From Candidatus Latescibacterota bacterium (GTDB lineage Bacteria; Latescibacterota; UBA2968; UBA8231), in NCBI GenBank assembly GCA_963422735.1, contig OY730476.1, positions 4,078,847 to 4,142,846 on the forward strand: a stretch of 64,000 bases of DNA, written 5' to 3'. Shown here piece after piece: positions 16,083 through 23,971 of the stretch. How positions within the stretch are numbered: the stretch's first letter is position 1; every line of letters begins with the position of its first letter. The notes under the pieces were generated by a model. It made no database searches. It saw nothing but the letters and a program-made list of their open reading frames with translations, and was not told where the DNA came from. Position numbers and translations under genes: made by a program.

Positions 16083-17362
16083 GGCTCTTCCTCCTCGGAC
16101 TCGTCGTCGAGCCGGAAGAGGCGGCGCACCGTATCGAGACGGACATATCCCTCGTCGTCATTGGCGAATTCGCGGATCTGTACGAGCGGATCGTGCAGGA
16201 GCTTGTTGGCGTAACCGCGCAAGATGCCCTCGACGAGCTGGCGCTCAGCCGCGTCGAGAGGGCCGAGCTGGGCAGCCCAGCGCGCGAGTTCCTGCTCTTG
16301 GAGGTGAGCGGCGCGCTGGTGCAAAGCGCGGATTAGCGGACCGGTGCCCAAGGCGTTGAACCAGTGCAAAAATTCCTTTAGCTCGTGGTCGATAATGTCC
16401 TGTACGCAACGTATCTCTCCCTCGCGCTCTTGGCGGTTGGCAGCAACGACTTGTTCGAGATTGTCCACGTCGAACAGAAAGATGTTGTCGATGTCGCGTG
16501 CGGCTGGGTCGATGTCGCGCGGCACGGCAATGTCGATGAGGAACAGCGGGCGTCCTCGGCGTTGCTCCATGGCCCGGCGCAAGTCGGTGGGCCGGATGAC
16601 GTAGTCCGCAGCCGCAGTCGCCGAGATGACGATGTCAACGGCGGCAAGCCGAGCGGCTAGTTCCGCAAAGGGCACGGACTCGCCGCCCAAGTGGCTGGCC
16701 AGCGACTGGGCACGGGCAAAAGTGCGGCTGCTTATCAACAGCCGCTCGACGCCGGAGTCGATCAAGTACTGGGCAGTGAGTGTGCCCATCTCGCCAGCGC
16801 CGACTAAGAGCGCACAGCAGCCCGTCAGGTTTTCAAAGACTTGGCCGGCCAGTTCTACAGCGGCCGTGCTAATCGACAGCCGGCCACGGCCAATATCGGT
16901 TTCGGCGCGTGCGCGCTTGCCCACGCGCAGCGCGCGCTGGAAAAGCTCGTTGAGCAACAGGCGCGCCGAGCCGTTTTGTTGGGCCATTTCCAGCGCACGG
17001 CGCACTTGCCCGAGTATCTGGGACTCGCCGACGACGAGGGAGTCAATGCCGCTGGCAACGCGAAAAAGGTGAACGGCAGCATCTGAGTCATTGAGCTGGT
17101 AAAAGTGGGGTTCAAGTGCCTCGACATCTACACCTTGGCATTCGGCGAGGAAGCGGCGCACCTGGGCCAGCCCACTGTCGCCATCGGCAGCCAAGTATAG
17201 CTCAGAGCGGTTGCAGGTGGAGAGAATGGCCGCCTCGTGCAGTCCGTAGTCGCCGACGAGCCGGGCTAGGGCCGAGGGCTGATCGCTTTCAGGGAAGGCT
17301 AGCCGCTCGCGGATTTCCACCGGCGCAGTGCGGTGATTAATTCCTAAAGTCAGTATATGCAC
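16079..17362 (-). CDS. hemA: Glutamyl-tRNA reductase
   Basis: MHILTLGINHRTAPVEIRE, active-site ILSTCNRSELY, and NADPH motif LLVGAGEMG. Confidence 0.92.
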   Translation of the reverse strand: MHILTLGINHRTAPVEIRERLAFPESDQPSALARLVGDYGLHEAAILSTCNRSELYLAADGDSGLAQVRRFLAECQGVDVEALEPHFYQLNDSDAAVHLFRVASGIDSLVVGESQILGQVRRALEMAQQNGSARLLLNELFQRALRVGKRARAETDIGRGRLSISTAAVELAGQVFENLTGCCALLVGAGEMGTLTAQYLIDSGVERLLISSRTFARAQSLASHLGGESVPFAELAARLAAVDIVISATAAADYVIRPTDLRRAMEQRRGRPLFLIDIAVPRDIDPAARDIDNIFLFDVDNLEQVVAANRQEREGEIRCVQDIIDHELKEFLHWFNALGTGPLIRALHQRAAHLQEQELARWAAQLGPLDAAERQLVEGILRGYANKLLHDPLVQIREFANDDEGYVRLDTVRRLFRLDDESEEEEP

Positions 17363-17446
17363 AACCTTAAAAATACTTATTTACTATCTATGGGGAAACA
17401 GTGAGCCTAAGAAGCGGTTTTAAAACTCGCATCGGGAGTCGAGTAT

Positions 17447-17558
17447 CAGTGGTTAGTGTCCAGTGGTTAGTGGTCAGTCCCCGCCCGCGCCTATGGGCTT
17501 TATAATACGGGCGAATATCAATCAATCGAACGGTCAGTCCCCGCCCGCGCCTATGGGC
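17447..17558. repeat. Intergenic repeat cluster related to the 10021-10115 element
   Basis: CAGTGGTTAGTG occurs twice (17447-17458, 17461-17472). An identical 27-mer GGTCAGTCCCCGCCCGCGCCTATGGGC occurs twice (17472-17498, 17532-17558). Confidence 0.9.
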
Positions 17559-17626
17559 AGGGAGACGAACCACGAAGCCAGCACGGGAATTTTAAGAACC
17601 TTCTAACACGCCAAAGGAATGCAGCT

Positions 17627-18490
17627 ATGGTCAAATACCTGCTGGTCGGTTTGGCACTCTTAGGTGCGGCAACCGATGTGGATGCCGGGGCTTGGACTTT
17701 GCAGAGAGGCCAGCTCTGGGGCAAACTCGCGTATTTCCAGCAGCGCACGCAGGAGTGGTATGTCGGCAAGGGCCGCTTTGGTGCGCCCGGCACTCGCGCC
17801 CGCTACGACTTTGATGGGCAATACGAATCGCGGGCCGTCTTTTTCGAGGGCCTGTACGGAGTCACCGACCGCCTAGACATCGGCTTGCAGGTTCCCTATT
17901 GCGACCAATCCTTTGCCAACGCCGCGTTTGCCGAACCCCGCACGGATACCGGCCTGAGCGACATCCGCGCCTTGGTCAAATTTCGCGTCTTGGCCAAGCC
18001 CTTGGTCCTCGCGCTTAAGGCCGGCGTCAAGGTGCCGACCGGAGAATTCAAAAACGAAGACGGGCTGATCCCAGTGGGCGAAGGGCAGTGGGATTTCGAC
18101 TTTGTCGGGCAGGTGGGGCGCTCCTTTTGGCCGCTACCCTTGTACGGCAACATCGACCTCGGCTATCGCGTCCGCACCCGCAACGAGCAGATCGACCGCG
18201 ACTTAGGCGACGAGTGGTTCCTCAACGCCGAAGTAGGCTACCAGCTCGTGCGCCAGCTCATGCTGCTGGGCAAATGCGAGGTGCTCCGCAGCAATCCGGC
18301 GGTCGTCTTCGGCGGCATTGAGGCCGAGATCAAGCGCATTACCTACTTGACGCCGGCTCTGCTCTACGCAGTCGGCCGGCGCACGACTGTCGAGGCAGCG
18401 ATGCGCTTCTCGCTCAATGGGCGCAATTTTCCGGCCGGGCGCCAGCTCGTCTTGGGATTAGCGACGACGTTGGGAAAAGACGGGGGCTAG
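17627..18490 (+). CDS. Outer-membrane beta-barrel protein (MetA-pathway/transporter-like family)
   Basis: Signal peptide MVKYLLVGLALLGAATDVDA, alternating beta-strand pattern, and a GLSDI...VKVPTGEF...G.G motif resembling the Phenol_MetA_deg-type barrel family. Confidence 0.55.
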   Translation: MVKYLLVGLALLGAATDVDAGAWTLQRGQLWGKLAYFQQRTQEWYVGKGRFGAPGTRARYDFDGQYESRAVFFEGLYGVTDRLDIGLQVPYCDQSFANAAFAEPRTDTGLSDIRALVKFRVLAKPLVLALKAGVKVPTGEFKNEDGLIPVGEGQWDFDFVGQVGRSFWPLPLYGNIDLGYRVRTRNEQIDRDLGDEWFLNAEVGYQLVRQLMLLGKCEVLRSNPAVVFGGIEAEIKRITYLTPALLYAVGRRTTVEAAMRFSLNGRNFPAGRQLVLGLATTLGKDGG

Positions 18491-20154
18491 CGGCGTAGCT
18501 TGGCCAAGCGCTGTTGGATGGCCGCAGCCATGTCTGGCCGCTGGCCAATGACGGCGTCGAAATGAGGCTTGGCCTCGGCGGAGCGGCCCAGCATCTCCAA
18601 CACCAATCCCAAGTTGAAATGGGCCTCGGCAAAATCGGGGTTGATCTGCAAGGCCCGTTCAAAGTGGGCGACGGCGCGATCCCATTGGCGGCCTTGAGCT
18701 AGCGCGATCCCAAAGTTCACGTGGGCTTCCGGGTACTCCGGATTGTATTCCAGTGCCAACTCGAAATGCTCCAAGGCCAAAGGACGCTGGCCGGAACGCA
18801 TGTAGAACATGGCCAAGGTGTGGTGGGTGTCCCAGTCTCGGGGCTGGGCTTCGAGTAGCTTCTTGTAGCCATCGATTTCCTGCCCCAGCCACTTGCGGTA
18901 GAAGTCGCGGCGAAGTCGCTCTAGATCCTCGGGGCGGCGCGGCAAAATCTGCAGCGTCAGGTCGCCCATCTCGTCGGTCGAGTACAGCCCGTAGCGCACC
19001 CGCACGGGTGGGTCGTGGGGTTGGCGGGGGTTTTGTGCGGAGTTGTCGTACGCGTATTCCATGATCAGCGTCGAGCCAGCCGGCAAAAAGACCGGCACGG
19101 CAAATCGGTAGTCGTCCTGCCAGCTAAAATCCCAGTCCTCAATCCATATAAGCCACTCCCGCTCTTGGTTGGGTAACTCGGCGTACGCCCGGATTTCCCG
19201 GCCGAGGTAATGCGCGTGTGGGTAGATGGTCAGGACCTCGACGTCCACGGGTAGCAGGTACGTATCGCGGATCCAATAGTCGCTCGCGCCGGCCGGTATG
19301 TCTAGGTCCTTGCGGCCTAAGCGCAGCATGGCCGGGCGTCTCTTGGGCGGCGCATCGGCAAAGAACAGGCCGACGCGAGCCTCAATGGATTCCTCCTTGC
19401 CGGTTGGCAACATGTGCAACTGTAGCAGCAAGTCCGTGCCCGGGTCGAGCCGCCAAGCCAAGCTGTCGCTGCCGGGGTATGGGGTCTTGCCTTGGGTCCA
19501 GCCGAGAAAGTGCCCGTCGGCATCCTCGGCCTCGCCAAAGCTCATGCCGTCAAAACCCGGGGCACCGTCGCGCCCGTCCCGCCGCCGCGCCGCGCCGCTG
19601 CGGTCGATCATCATGGTGGCGTGGTGGACGATGCGCGCGTTGCCTGGCTTGAACTCCAGGGCCTTGACGTAGCGAGTTGAGTCAACGGGCAGCGGGATGG
19701 CGAAGTTGCGGAAGACATCTGGGCCGTCGGCCCGCAGGGTGTAGGCCGATGTCATGGAGGCGATTAAGCCGGGCTGGCCTAGCTCCCACTCGCCCTTCCA
19801 CTGGGGCAGCGGAGGTCGGTCGGAATGGCCCTCCTGCTTGCCGTGGTCAACCCAACGGCGTATCGTGGCGATCTGCGCCGCACTCAATCCGCGCTCGCCG
19901 ACAAAGCGACCGTAGCCGCGCTTGGGCTTCCACGGCGGCATATAGCGGCTCTCCGTGACAAAGGCGATTTGCTCAGCGCGCGCACTCACATCCGCATAGC
20001 TGAGCAAATCAAAGGGGGCTGGGCCTGCGGGCTGGTGGCAGGGGGCGCAGTGCTGAAAGACGATCGGGGCAATGTCTCGGTTGAAAGTTGGGATTTCTCC
20101 TCCACCACTGCATCCAAAGCAGACCGCGACCAAGGGCACCCAATAGCGCATCAT
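18487..20154 (-). CDS. Exported heme-c (CxxCH) + PHM/DBH-like copper monooxygenase-like + TPR protein
   Basis: N-terminal FNRDIAPIVFQHCAPCH. The ligand-like series is IVHHATM, LQLHM, YPHAHYLG and LIMEY, in the order of peptidylglycine monooxygenase CuH/CuM ligands. C-terminal TPR-like repeats follow (AEAHFNLGLVLE, PEAHVNFGIAL). It overlaps the upstream redoxin gene by 4 nt. Confidence 0.6.
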   Translation of the reverse strand: MMRYWVPLVAVCFGCSGGGEIPTFNRDIAPIVFQHCAPCHQPAGPAPFDLLSYADVSARAEQIAFVTESRYMPPWKPKRGYGRFVGERGLSAAQIATIRRWVDHGKQEGHSDRPPLPQWKGEWELGQPGLIASMTSAYTLRADGPDVFRNFAIPLPVDSTRYVKALEFKPGNARIVHHATMMIDRSGAARRRDGRDGAPGFDGMSFGEAEDADGHFLGWTQGKTPYPGSDSLAWRLDPGTDLLLQLHMLPTGKEESIEARVGLFFADAPPKRRPAMLRLGRKDLDIPAGASDYWIRDTYLLPVDVEVLTIYPHAHYLGREIRAYAELPNQEREWLIWIEDWDFSWQDDYRFAVPVFLPAGSTLIMEYAYDNSAQNPRQPHDPPVRVRYGLYSTDEMGDLTLQILPRRPEDLERLRRDFYRKWLGQEIDGYKKLLEAQPRDWDTHHTLAMFYMRSGQRPLALEHFELALEYNPEYPEAHVNFGIALAQGRQWDRAVAHFERALQINPDFAEAHFNLGLVLEMLGRSAEAKPHFDAVIGQRPDMAAAIQQRLAKLRR

Positions 20155-20699
20155 TGCAGGTCGGCGATAAAGCAGCCAATCGCTTCGGTAGCACTCGGGT
20201 CCGGGGAGCGATCAGCGAGGGCGGCCTCTATGGCATTTGCGAGGTCGCTTCGGGTCGGCTTCGGGCGCGCTTGGTCGAAAGCTGTGTAGCGATCGTCGAT
20301 GCGGCCCCGATAGACGACGTTGCCGCGCACACCTAAAACTACGGCTTCTGGAGTCGCGGTCGCGCCGACTCTTTTGACTAGGGTGTGCTGCACATCCCGC
20401 AGGGCTAGGCCCGGCAAGCCGTATTCCCGGCCGTGACGGCGGATGGCGTCCGCATCCTCGCGGCGGTCGGGATACACCAAGTAGAATGCCACGCCTTGCG
20501 GCTGGAAGCGGGCATGGAGACGCGCTATAGTCGGGGCGTAGCGGTTGGAGATAGGGCAATCGGTCTGGACGAAAAGCAAAACCGTAGCGGAAGCGCGGTT
20601 GACAAAGGGATCAACCGGATTGCCAGCCAAGTCTAGGGCGTGGGGCGGGTCGGCGCGGCAGCCCACCAGCAGTAGGGATGCGAGAATAGCTAAGATCAT
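20151..20699 (-). CDS. Thioredoxin-fold redoxin lipoprotein (AhpC/TSA-TlpA-like)
   Basis: ORF 20151..20810 trimmed to MILAILASLLLVGC (lipobox LVGC). It has a single-Cys redox motif region (VLLFVQTDCPISNRYAP) and the length of a thioredoxin-like fold. The start choice is uncertain because there is no obvious SD. Confidence 0.6.
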   Translation of the reverse strand: MILAILASLLLVGCRADPPHALDLAGNPVDPFVNRASATVLLFVQTDCPISNRYAPTIARLHARFQPQGVAFYLVYPDRREDADAIRRHGREYGLPGLALRDVQHTLVKRVGATATPEAVVLGVRGNVVYRGRIDDRYTAFDQARPKPTRSDLANAIEAALADRSPDPSATEAIGCFIADLQ

Positions 20700-20798
20700 A
20701 AAAAAAGAAAACGGATATTGGGCACGGACGGCAAGACTGCCGACTTTTGCATTTTCATTAGGCAGGGAATGACTTTGGCCTCTACATTGTCTAAAAAT

Positions 20799-21365
20799 AT
20801 GTCGGAGCAAGTGGGCACAGACCGCGCCCTAATCAACCAAGCACGTGCGGGCGACGAAGCGGCCTTGCGCGCCCTAATCGAGCGCTATGAGCCGCAAGTG
20901 GCCGCCACAGTCGTGGGCATGTTGGGGCCGGGCGACGAGGCCGACGACGTAGGGCAGGAGACCTTTGTCCGCTTCTACCAATCGCTGGACAAGTTTCGCG
21001 GCGACGCGGCGCTGGGCACTTATTTGACCCGCATTGCCATCAACCTCTCGCTCAACGCATTAGAGCGTCGCAAGCGGCAGCGCTGGCGCTTTTGGAGCCG
21101 CGACGACGAACAGGCCCCGCCCGAGCCGAGCGTCGATGGCCGCGACGAACAGGCCACACGCGAGCACGCGCAAGCGGTGCAGGCGGCCCTTGCTCAGCTC
21201 AAGCCATCCTTCCGGGCGGTAGTGGTGCTGCGGATGATCGAGGGCTATTCGACAAAGGAGACGGCTGCGCTGTTGGAGATCGCCGAGGGCACGGTGCTCT
21301 CGCGACTTTCGCGCGGCATGAAACAACTAGAGACCATCCTCAAAGCCGAGGACCTGTATGACTGA
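20799..21365 (+). CDS. ECF-type RNA polymerase sigma factor
   Basis: ORF trimmed to MSEQVGTDRALINQARAGDEAAL. Region 2 reads DDVGQETFVRFY and region 4 reads EGYSTKETAALLEIAEGTVLSRLSRG. Confidence 0.88.
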   Translation: MSEQVGTDRALINQARAGDEAALRALIERYEPQVAATVVGMLGPGDEADDVGQETFVRFYQSLDKFRGDAALGTYLTRIAINLSLNALERRKRQRWRFWSRDDEQAPPEPSVDGRDEQATREHAQAVQAALAQLKPSFRAVVVLRMIEGYSTKETAALLEIAEGTVLSRLSRGMKQLETILKAEDLYD

Positions 21366-21768
21366 CAGCTATCGCAGCGAAATGCTAAGGGTGCTGACCG
21401 GCGAATTGACCGAGCGCGAGCGCGAGGCATTCGAGCGTACCTTAACTACCGACGACGCGCTCCGCGCCGAATGGGAGCACCTGCAAAAAGTCAGCGGTCT
21501 TTTGCAGGAAAGCCGCGTCGAATCGTTCCGGCCGTTCTTTGCCGCTCGCGTCGCGCAGCGCGTCAAAAGTCAGCGCGAGGAAAGCCTCACCGACGCGCTC
21601 GTGTGGCTCTTCCGCCCCCTTGCTCCGGTCGCTTTAGTGGTGGTCGCCTTTTTGGCACTGAGCAACTGGAGCGAGCGCGAACTCATCGGCGACGACGCCT
21701 CGTTCCTCGCCGCGATTTTCGCGGCCGTACCCGCCACGCCCGAAGCGGCGTACGTAATGGACATGTAA
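21358..21768 (+). CDS. Anti-sigma factor (single-pass membrane protein)
   Basis: Overlaps the sigma gene stop (ATGA). N-terminal LTGELTEREREAFE helix followed by one TM segment (LAPVALVVVAFLAL). Confidence 0.65.
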   Translation: MTDSYRSEMLRVLTGELTEREREAFERTLTTDDALRAEWEHLQKVSGLLQESRVESFRPFFAARVAQRVKSQREESLTDALVWLFRPLAPVALVVVAFLALSNWSERELIGDDASFLAAIFAAVPATPEAAYVMDM

Positions 21769-21769
21769 C

Positions 21770-22159
21770 ATGCGAGAGAAAACCAAAGGGGCACTCATTC
21801 TCTTTAGCACCCTGCTCATCGGCGTTTTGATCGGGACCTTGCTCTCTGGCTGGTTTATCCGCGATCGAATGCGGCCGATTCCGCATCCCCGCTATTTTGT
21901 CCGCAGCACCGAGCGGTTGATCGCGCCGCAGGACGAAGAGCAGCGCCAAGCCGTGCGGACCGTACTACGGCGATACGTCGCAAAGCTCCGCGCCCTCGAC
22001 GCCAAACATCGGGAGGCACTAAAGGAGCAGTTAGATGCGGCGCGGGCCGAGCTGGCCCCTTTGTTGTCTGAGGAGCAACTGCGGCGGCTGGATCGGCGGC
22101 AGCGGCGCTTCGGGGAGCTGATGGGACCTTGGCGCGAGCGGCAACGGCACAAAAAATGA
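21770..22159 (+). CDS. Membrane-anchored Spy/CpxP-like (LTXXQ-type) helical protein
   Basis: N-terminal TM segment ALILFSTLLIGVLIGTLL, then a charged helical region with LSEEQLRRL. It sits immediately after the anti-sigma gene. Confidence 0.5.
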   Translation: MREKTKGALILFSTLLIGVLIGTLLSGWFIRDRMRPIPHPRYFVRSTERLIAPQDEEQRQAVRTVLRRYVAKLRALDAKHREALKEQLDAARAELAPLLSEEQLRRLDRRQRRFGELMGPWRERQRHKK

Positions 22160-22287
22160 AATCGCATGGGAATGAATAGCATCAATCGGGGGTCTAATGG
22201 GGCGTAGAGAAGAGGAATGGCCGTTTCTCACGAGCCGCCGACTAGGGGCGGCGAACCCAACTAACCACCCAACGCGGAGAACGTAAC

Positions 22288-22866
22288 ATGAAAAAGAAAT
22301 GGATCATCCTAGCCGGTGTCGCGCTGGCACTCGGTGCGCTTGCCACCGTGGCCGTAGCCGAGCGCAGGGGAAAGATGCAGGAGTACAGGCGGCCCACTCT
22401 GAGGATGCTGGAGCGTCTCGACCTGACCGACGAGCAGAAGGAGCAGTTGCAAGCGTTGCACAAGGAACACATGGAAGCCATGCGCGAGCAGCGCGAGACC
22501 ATGGCCGCTATGGGCAAGGAGCAGCGCGAAGCCGCAATGAACATTTTGACCGCGGAGCAGCGGGAGGTCATGAAAGAAATGCGTGCCAAGCGCGGCAAAT
22601 TTTTCGGGCGGAGCGGCTGGGGGGGCAAAGATCGGCACGCCATGGGGCGCGGCGACAAGAGCGCGTTCTCTAGGCTGGACCTGGCCGACGAGCAGAAGGA
22701 ACAGCTCGAAGAATTGCGCGAGGAACAGCGCACAGAGATGCGTGAAGCGCGCCAAAAGCATCGCATGGCCTTGGAAAATGTCTTGACCGACGAGCAGCGC
22801 GAAAAGCTCGAAGAAATGAAGGACGAGGCGTTTTACGGCGGCAAACGCTGGCGCGGCAGGCGGTAA
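22288..22866 (+). CDS. Periplasmic Spy/CpxP family (LTXXQ repeat) protein
   Basis: Signal peptide MKKKWIILAGVALALGALATVAVA. Four LTXXQ-type motifs (LTDEQ, LTAEQ, LADEQ, LTDEQ) lie in two homologous halves. Confidence 0.75.
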   Translation: MKKKWIILAGVALALGALATVAVAERRGKMQEYRRPTLRMLERLDLTDEQKEQLQALHKEHMEAMREQRETMAAMGKEQREAAMNILTAEQREVMKEMRAKRGKFFGRSGWGGKDRHAMGRGDKSAFSRLDLADEQKEQLEELREEQRTEMREARQKHRMALENVLTDEQREKLEEMKDEAFYGGKRWRGRR

Positions 22867-22880
22867 GCACTTTTTTACGA

Positions 22881-22911
22881 CGCGGAGTAGCCAAACTACT
22901 CCGCGTTTTTT
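22881..22911 (+). terminator. Rho-independent terminator of the ECF/Spy-like operon
   Basis: CGCGGAGTAG-CCAAA-CTACTCCGCG perfect 10-bp stem followed by T6, 15 nt after the stop at 22866. Confidence 0.85.
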
Positions 22912-23116
22912 ATGCTCTCGTCAGGGCCAACTGCAACGATCAAAAAATCAAAAAAGCGGAACAAGCACGGGTCTTTCGGGTGGTAAGAGACGGTGCAAAT
23001 TCGCCAACCACGCCCTTGTGCAACGTCCAGTACCCGATTTGGCAGAGCATCCTTTTCTTCAGTATCTTTTGCCATGCGCCACTGACGCTTAACAACGACA
23101 CCCCCTTGAGCTTCTT

Positions 23117-23959
23117 ATGATAATCGACTCGCATACCCACGCTTGGGAATACTGGCCCTACGAGCCGCCCGTGCCCGATCACAATAGCCGCGGCCGGGCC
23201 GAGCAACTGCTGTGGGAAATGGACCGCAACGGCGTCGATAAGGCCGTGCTGGTCTGCGCCCGCATCGAGCACAATCCCCACAACAACGACTATGTCGCCG
23301 AACAAGTCCGCGCCCATCCCAGCCGCTTGGTGCAATTCGCTGACGTGGATTGCTCGTGGTCGGCAGAATACCACACCCGAGGCGCGGCCGCACGGCTCAA
23401 AGTGGCCGCGGCGAAGTACCAGCTCAAGGGCTATACTCACTACGTAAAGAGCGATACCGAGTGGTTCGCGTCCGCGGAGGGGCTCGCGTTTTTTAGTGCC
23501 ACGGCCGATCTGAACCTGATCGCCAGTCTGGCCTTGGGGCCGCAGTGGCAGCCAGCGCTGCGCGAGCTGGCACTGCGCTTTCCGTCGGTTCCTTTTCTCT
23601 GCCACCACATGGCCGGGGCCAACGCGCGCGAGGAGGCGCCACACCACAATCTGCAGGAGATTCTGCGCTCGGCCGAGGTGCCCAATATCTATCTCAAGCT
23701 CTCGGGTTTTCACTACGCTTCGCACGTCTCGTGGGGTTACCCCTATTCGGATACGCACCACATCGTGCGCCAGCTCTACGAACACTTTGGCCCCCAGCGA
23801 CTGTGCTGGGGCTCGGACTATCCGGTGGTTCGATTCAACATGACCTACCAGCACGCGCTCGAAGCATTTCGCACCCACTGCACGTTCATCCCAGACGAAC
23901 ACAAGCACCTTATATTGGGCCAGAACTTGGCCGGCCTGCTCGACCGAGCCGGCGCTTGA
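23117..23959 (+). CDS. Amidohydrolase-2 (TIM-barrel metal-dependent hydrolase) family protein
   Basis: MIIDSHTHAW start, CHHMAG, and a late WGSDYPV motif, as in PF04909-type amidohydrolases. Confidence 0.8.
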   Translation: MIIDSHTHAWEYWPYEPPVPDHNSRGRAEQLLWEMDRNGVDKAVLVCARIEHNPHNNDYVAEQVRAHPSRLVQFADVDCSWSAEYHTRGAAARLKVAAAKYQLKGYTHYVKSDTEWFASAEGLAFFSATADLNLIASLALGPQWQPALRELALRFPSVPFLCHHMAGANAREEAPHHNLQEILRSAEVPNIYLKLSGFHYASHVSWGYPYSDTHHIVRQLYEHFGPQRLCWGSDYPVVRFNMTYQHALEAFRTHCTFIPDEHKHLILGQNLAGLLDRAGA

Positions 23960-23971
23960 ACCCTCCCGCAG

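Noticed and set aside
16079-17362. Several 80-150-aa ORFs overlapping hemA and other long genes on both strands
   Set aside because: They are all nested in, or antisense to, strongly supported genes and have biased Arg/Ala/Pro composition typical of GC-rich shadow frames.
22940-23908. 322-aa ORF on the minus strand
   Set aside because: It lies antisense to the well-supported amidohydrolase gene (23117-23959). The sequence is Arg/Gly/Val-rich with no recognisable motifs, as expected for a shadow ORF in GC-rich DNA.
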